64,000 nucleotides of DNA from Paraspadella gotoi. Its lineage: Eukaryota; Animalia; Chaetognatha. A program made the translations under genes and the position numbers. Below the pieces are notes generated by a model. That model did not search any database, had not been told where the DNA came from, and saw only the letters and a program-made list of their open reading frames with translations. How positions within the stretch are numbered: the first letter of the stretch is position 1; each line of letters starts with the position of its first letter. Shown here piece after piece: positions 52,586-64,000 of this stretch. The stretch is taken from the NCBI GenBank assembly GCA_051294375.1, contig CM119270.1, positions 11,662,416 to 11,726,415 of the forward strand. Direction: 5' to 3'.

Positions 52586-52810
52586 CACAAATATATTCTT
52601 AGGATATATTGCTTTCGCAACCGTTGATTATTTAATATTTTATAGGATATACATAGCCATAGGATAGAAATACATGCATATATAAATCGTAAATGTAATC
52701 CCTCTTTACCCTTTCCCTCTACCCCTTTTAGCTTCCTTACCTCTTCTTACATTCTTTGCCTCCTTTTGACCTCCCCTCAACCCATCGAATATTAATTTGA
52801 GATACAAAAA

Positions 52811-53834
52811 ATGTTGACGCTACTCAGTAGTCGTCTGTCGACTTCCGGTTTTCGTGCCGTGCGGCAAGCTTTCCCGCATAACAGCGCCGCGAAGACCGCG
52901 CCAGCGCTGCAGCTGGCGCGATTTCTCAGCGGAGACGAAAATGTCAACGATTGGATCAAAGCCAGAGAAAATCGCTTGTCAGCGGAGGAATATTTGAATT
53001 ATCCTAAGTAATTAGCTGAATTAATCAATCTGTAACAGTGAGGCTAATTTTGTTTATGTTTATGTTTTAGATATCGGTGAATAATAATACTTTGGTTTAA
53101 AACCGTTTGAGACTTGTATTCCATTTGCAGAGGCTACAGTTTGGGAATAGACGCCAGAATAGAAGCCGCAAAAAGCGGGATCCAGATTGCAAAGTAAGAT
53201 GGAAATGTTAATCGGAATAATATTCTGTTTTTAAAGAAATAGTTTATGATCAGTCACGTTAATAAATCTGAACCTTGCTTTTACAATTTATTCAAGAGTT
53301 GGTGTGTCGACAATTTGTTTCAACTAGACTAACAATAAAAAAAAACTGGAAAGAAGAAAATAAAATTCAAAAAACTGTAATAAAATAAATTATAATAATG
53401 ACCACTCAGGCCGATTCGGAAACCGGTTAAACAGGATGAAACTGATGTCTCTTACATAACCATCACCGATGACATGCCCCCGCGGTACAAGAAACTGAGA
53501 CAACTGCAACGACTTTATGTCGCCAACGACGGAAAGGTAACGAGTATACGACTCAAGCTGTCTCAGTTGCTCTGTCGATACTTTAAAAATGTGTATAAAT
53601 TGAAGTGAACCATCATTTAAACGAAAGAAAAGTGAAAAGTTAAGATTTGGCGGAGTTATGTAGTCAAATTCCGTTAAAAACTTGTGACTGCAAAAAAGTC
53701 TCTTTTCAATTTCACAGGTGAACGTCTCGCTGATGATGGGCGCCCGCGACGTGATCCTACGAAATTTAACCCTTGGCCTTGTTATTGTGGGAATCCCCCT
53801 TTATGTTTATCATATTTTTTACGTCTTTCCATGA
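52811..53834 (+). CDS. Cytochrome c oxidase subunit VIIa family protein (COX7A/COX7A2L-like), 4 exons, ~167 aa
   Basis: Exons 52811-53007, 53131-53193, 53410-53536, 53718-53834 splice in frame with GT-AG introns (504 nt). The N-terminus is an Arg/Ser/Leu-rich mitochondrial presequence-like segment. The C-terminus PRYKKLRQLQRLYVANDGKVNVSLMMGARDVILRNLTLGLVIVGIPLYVYHIF fits the COX7A pattern (LQK.FQ.DDG.PV.LKGG..D..LY..T plus a TM helix). Confidence 0.75.
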
Positions 53835-54281
53835 AAAACCATGATACCAAGACTTCGTTTCTTAAGATTACATTTAATTATCTAGATTGATTGCAGCTTC
53901 AATACTCTTTTTTAATTTTGCATGAAATGGAGTTTGGATTTTTGATCAGCTTAATAAAAGAAACTTCTCGGCTTTAGTTTGATATTTTCTTTTATTTTCC
54001 TTTATGCACCTAACGTAATTTCTTGAATATTTTAAAAACTTACATTTTATTTTTACAGCAAAAATTAGCTCTCAGGTTGGACCTTATTTTTTCCATCTGA
54101 CCCGATCAAGGAATGTCATCTTATGATACAAAATAGTGTCAGTAGAAAAGTAGAAACATTTTAGCTTTCAACTTAAGCCGCAAAACACACATAAAATCAT
54201 TTTAAATATAATATTAAAAAAAAATCAGATTCATTCAAGACAATTTTTTTATGTTTTATGTTGGTAACAATAACTTTCAAA

Positions 54282-54536
54282 CCGTGTGGGAGGAATCCCG
54301 TGGGAGGAACCCCGTGTGGGAGGAATCCCGTGGGAGTAATCTCGTGTGGGAGGAATCCCGCGGGGAGGAATCCCGTGTGGGAGTAATGGCGTGTGTTAGG
54401 AATCCTGCATGGGAGAATCCCATGTGTGTGGAATCCCGCATGGGAGGAATCCCGTGTGAGAGGAATCCCGCGTGGGAGGAATCCCGTGTGGGAGGAATCC
54501 AGTTGGGAGGAATCCCGTGTGGGAGGAATACCACGG
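54282..54536 (+). repeat. Minisatellite, ~16 units of 14-16 bp, consensus CGTGTGGGAGGAATCC
   Basis: Directly visible tandem array between the COX7A-like and DnaJ genes. Confidence 0.95.
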
Positions 54537-54647
54537 CCACCATCTTCTATCATTCTCTTTATAAATCCATCCCTACTTGAATGGCTTACTGTTATTCCAA
54601 CTATTTAAATCTTATTGGGGGGGAGGGGAGAAGATGCTTCTTCGGGG

Positions 54648-55395
54648 ATGGCAGGACTTCTTATTATGAGGTGGGCCAGCTCTCACCGCGATCGGGGATT
54701 TGTCGGTGAGTTTAATTTTTTTTAATACAATATTATATAATTATATTATCAATTAAACATCCTTAAGGGAGATTAAACTCCGACAGGCAGGCGTTTTTGT
54801 CACTACAAAACGTTGGGGGTAAGCTCTTACGCGAGATCGGAGGAAATAAGAAACGCTTACTACGCTCGCGCAAAAGACTGCCACCCGGATGTAAACGCGG
54901 CCCCGGATGCCAACGAGAGATTCCGACTTCTGAAGGAGGCCTACGAGACGCTGGCCGACGACAGGAAGAGACGACGTTACGACAGGGAATTGGAAAGTGG
55001 GTCAATTTCGCTTCACTCTTTTTGAGATATTCTGTTTTTTTATAAAAAAAATTAATTTCGGAAGCTGTTCATTTGTTGGCTTTTTAGTGTCATATCCGCC
55101 CAAAAGGGCGCGCGCGGCAGCTTCGTCTTCGAGCTGGATGGATTGCGGCGCCAAGGGTTGCGAAGCTGGCGACGATTTCGACGAACCCCTGCACAAAATT
55201 CTTCGTCTCTTGTTGGAGCCCTACCCGTTGGGCGTGGCCATATTTATTTTCGCGAGTTTCCTCTTAGTCATCGATCAAAAAAAAAAGGGTTCACCTAAAC
55301 CCGACCCCGTCAGATCGAAACTCTTGTCTCTGGAGGGATCGAGTCAGTCCGTTTGCAATAGTCCCGTCGATACGAAAATAAAGAAAATGAATTAA
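54648..55395 (+). CDS. Class C J-domain co-chaperone with C-terminal TM segment (DNAJC30/DNAJC4-like architecture), 3 exons, ~191 aa
   Basis: Exons 54648-54705, 54787-54996, 55088-55395 splice in frame (576 nt). J domain HYKTLGVSSYARSEEIRNAYYARAKDCHPDVN...ERFRLLKEAYETLADDRKRRRYD contains the HPD motif. Hydrophobic stretch PLGVAIFIFASFLLVI lies near the C-terminus. Confidence 0.85.
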
Positions 55396-58155
55396 GCGAT
55401 ATCCAGGAATTGAGATGAGACTGCCCTCAAAAGTACCGCCACAAGAGGGAAATGACAAACAAAAAGCAGTCGGTAAATCCTATTGTGTGAGTTTAAAAAT
55501 GGAGGGAAATGTCTATTGGTTATTGGTTAATGTAAATAACCGTGTGACTAGTCGAATATCAATAATTATAATTATAACTGTTTAAAGCTTACAGTACTAA
55601 TTAAACAGATTGGAATGTAGAAAATATATTTATAACGTTTGAAGTATATAACAGCAACAAATCGGTAGCAACAACTAATTTAGCAATTGAAGCAGAATTA
55701 TTAGAAAAGCAATGAAATATTTTTTCTCACAGTAATAGAGATATTTTCAGCATTAACTGTCATGAAAGGATGTCTATAGTACAGGCTCTATACACAATAG
55801 AAAAACCCTCATGTAAGAAAAAGGCATATTTTCTCACTGGCCGAATTTTTGACCTCAGCAGGATGATAATATTGATAATAAGTAATAAGAATCTAATAAA
55901 GATGATAACTATGCTGAGTGACAGATCACCAGACGCTGCATTTGATGGCAGGATTCATTTTTGACCCGAGAGGACACTGAAACGCGTCCGCAAAATCATT
56001 GCTGTTCGATAGAGTTCCAATCACCCTGGAGAAGAAAAGAGATTTAAAATCAAAAATGATAACAAAGGACAAAATAAATCTAAATTTAAATGAACCTAAA
56101 ATATCCCGGCGTATGATGCTCGTTCTGAATTTTATACGCCAGAGCTTCAGCCCGAGTAATACCGCACCAAACCTATACATAGAATCGTAAAAATGTTAAG
56201 CTGAAAATCATTTGTTTGCTTCTCAAATTTAACTCACCTGCGCAAAGTTAACAAAAAATATTTGGTCGTGACTTAAATCTAAACCGGGCAGAACTTGGTT
56301 GTTCCAGACTTGATCTCGTTCCATCCAGCTTTTGTAGGCTCTAAAACAGTATATAGCTCGGCTTTCTATTTCCTTATCATACTAGATTTTCTTTTTCCTT
56401 ACTTCGAATTTTAAATTTTTAGAATTTAATACTTACCTAAATGCCTCTTTGATTCCACCGTTATCGGCTATATTCTCCCCCTGCGTTATATTTCCATTGA
56501 TACTAAGGTCGGGCAAGTGAGGAAAGGTGTAGTTATTGTATTGTTCAATTATACATTTAGTTTTGTTTTTGAACTGTCCGATTACGGTTTCGCTCCACCA
56601 CTGTCGCAAATTCCCATTTTTGTCGTATTGGCGTCCTTATTGTGAAATTTAGGATATTACTAATTTAAGATACAACTACGTAAAGTACGTATACTTCTAG
56701 TTTGATGGATAAATTTCAATTTTTGCTATAACTTTGTCGGGTCAAAAAACTTTTTTTTTCCCGCACATCACTAACCTTTATCATCAAACCCATGAGTAAT
56801 CTCATGTCCAATCACCATACCCATGGCCCCGAAATTCATGGATATAGGCTGGTTTGCGTCGTAGAAAGGTCGTTGAAGAATTCCCGCCGGAAAAACTTTT
56901 TTAAAAAGGATACTCATCACTCATCAGTAAACAGTAAAAAGTCGTAAAATACTCAGAATATTTACTAATTTGGTTCTTGTTAGGCTGATAGTAAGCGTTG
57001 ACGATAGCGGGTCCCTTGTCCCAAATTGTTCGGTTCACTTCTTGACGCAAATGTCCAAAATCTTGTTCATAAGTTTGGTTGTTGGTCATCAAAATATTTC
57101 TCAAATAATTTTGCGAGTCGTACTGTAGAGGCTCGTACTTTTTATTTAAGTATTCGTTGTTCTTCAGCAACTCGCTATAACCGATGCGAGCATCGATGTT
57201 GTTTACCTAACATTGAGCTATGTCTCATTATTTTATTCAAAGGGCGAAAAACTTTAATTTCAGTTACTTTGTCAATGGCAACGGCGAGCGTTTCTTCGTC
57301 CAACCAGGTTGTATTGTGCAAAATGTTGATAAAGGATTTTTGCAATTCTTTCACCATCTCCTGAGCCTTGTTCCTGGCACCCTGGAATTGCAAGAAGAGT
57401 AAACATACATATGGAATTGCATGAAGACATTGAAGAGTAAACATTCATACTTTTAAACAATAATTTCCATTTTAAAAATGAAAGGTTACCTCGTCAAAAA
57501 ATCTGTCAACGTATAATCGGCCGATAACGTCTTCTAAAAAGGCATGATTCGTGATTTGCATCAAACAATACTCCCAGCGTGGGGGAAGGTTTGGAAACCC
57601 CAATAGCACCTATTTTAATTGCAATACTACTTCATTAGTGTCACCTATAACATATTCATAGGGTATTTTCAATATTTTGATTCTTTCGCACCTTTTGAAA
57701 ATTTCGACTTGGACCTTCGAAAATATGCTTGAGGTTTTCCGTTCGCGCTTTTAAAAATATCCACATGGCGAAATTTATACGAACTCTGATAGATCGTCCC
57801 AAAACATTAAAACCTATCCTTTTTATTCAACATTTAACAGCCTTACCTTTGGTCAGTTTCTCTAATTAAGGCCATCAGTTTCGTCATGTAACTCGAAGCG
57901 TATAGAACGATCTCTTCCCTTTCGTCCACGGTCACTTTTGTCAGGTAGTTTATTTGCGTTAGCCAGTCGACCTAAAAATTTAAAGTTCAATTAAGCCGAC
58001 TTTTGTTCGTTATAATAACCAATGTCTGTTTTTCGCATACGAACCATGGGATAGCGTTGTTGCAAATCGGCTATCGTCATTTTGGAATACATAGACATGT
58101 AATCACGGCGCTCGCTTTGCGGTGTTGTGATCTAGGGACGTAAAAACATTCACCC

Positions 58156-58250
58156 TTTTTTGGTTGGGCCGCGAATATTCGCGGAGCAACTATAAGTCAC
58201 TTTTCGGTCGGTCTGTCGGTCCGACGGTTTGTCCCACTTACGTTAAAAAT
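58156..58250 (+). mobile_element. DINE-1/HINE- or MITE-like fragment in a neprilysin intron
   Basis: A T-run is followed by the palindrome ccgcgaatattcgcgg, a (GTCG/GTCY)-type microrepeat and tgtcccactta.gttaaaaat. A related copy lies at 39440-39520. Confidence 0.45.
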
Positions 58251-58419
58251 ACATATTATTTGGTTTCCATTCTATAAAACCGCCTTTTCCTTAACTAATT
58301 CCTGTAAGTGATTATCTCCCAAACAAATTGCCGTACAACATTCATGCACTCATTTATTAAATCAATCATTGAGCTAACGTTTGCTATCATGATGTTGAAT
58401 TCCACGAGTTCATCGATCT

Positions 58420-64000
<5,581 letters not shown>

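Noticed and set aside
54282-54536. CRISPR-like array
   Set aside because: The units are contiguous with no unique spacers, there are no cas genes, and the context is eukaryotic.

Overview
Eukaryotic, probably invertebrate animal, genomic scaffold: AT-rich, very rich in (GA/TC)n microsatellites, with short spliceosomal introns and nine N gaps. I found no supportable protein-coding gene in the first ~45 kb, which holds microsatellites, dispersed repeats, motif-rich GC islands and large duplications. Several of those duplications sit against exactly 25-N gaps and look like long-read gap-filling or haplotype artefacts. The last ~19 kb is gene-dense, and I spliced four genes by hand. (1) A 13-exon, ~843-aa divergent SID-1/SIDT (ChUP/CREST) protein (+, 45792-51141) with intact SxxxH/D/HxxxH motifs, two micro-exons, a GC-AG intron and an atypical ectodomain. 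(2) A COX7A-family gene with a long N-terminal extension (+, 52811-53834). (3) A J-domain plus transmembrane co-chaperone (+, 54648-55395). (4) An M13 neprilysin-like metallopeptidase (-, 55926-60097), whose 5' part is mirrored as a frameshifted inverted copy running to the window end. The best novelty candidates are the remodelled SID-1, the inverted tRNA-SINE pair around it, and a GNRA-hairpin minisatellite upstream of the DnaJ gene. I cannot establish a new biological system from sequence alone. All gene models are manual and unverified by transcripts or database searches.
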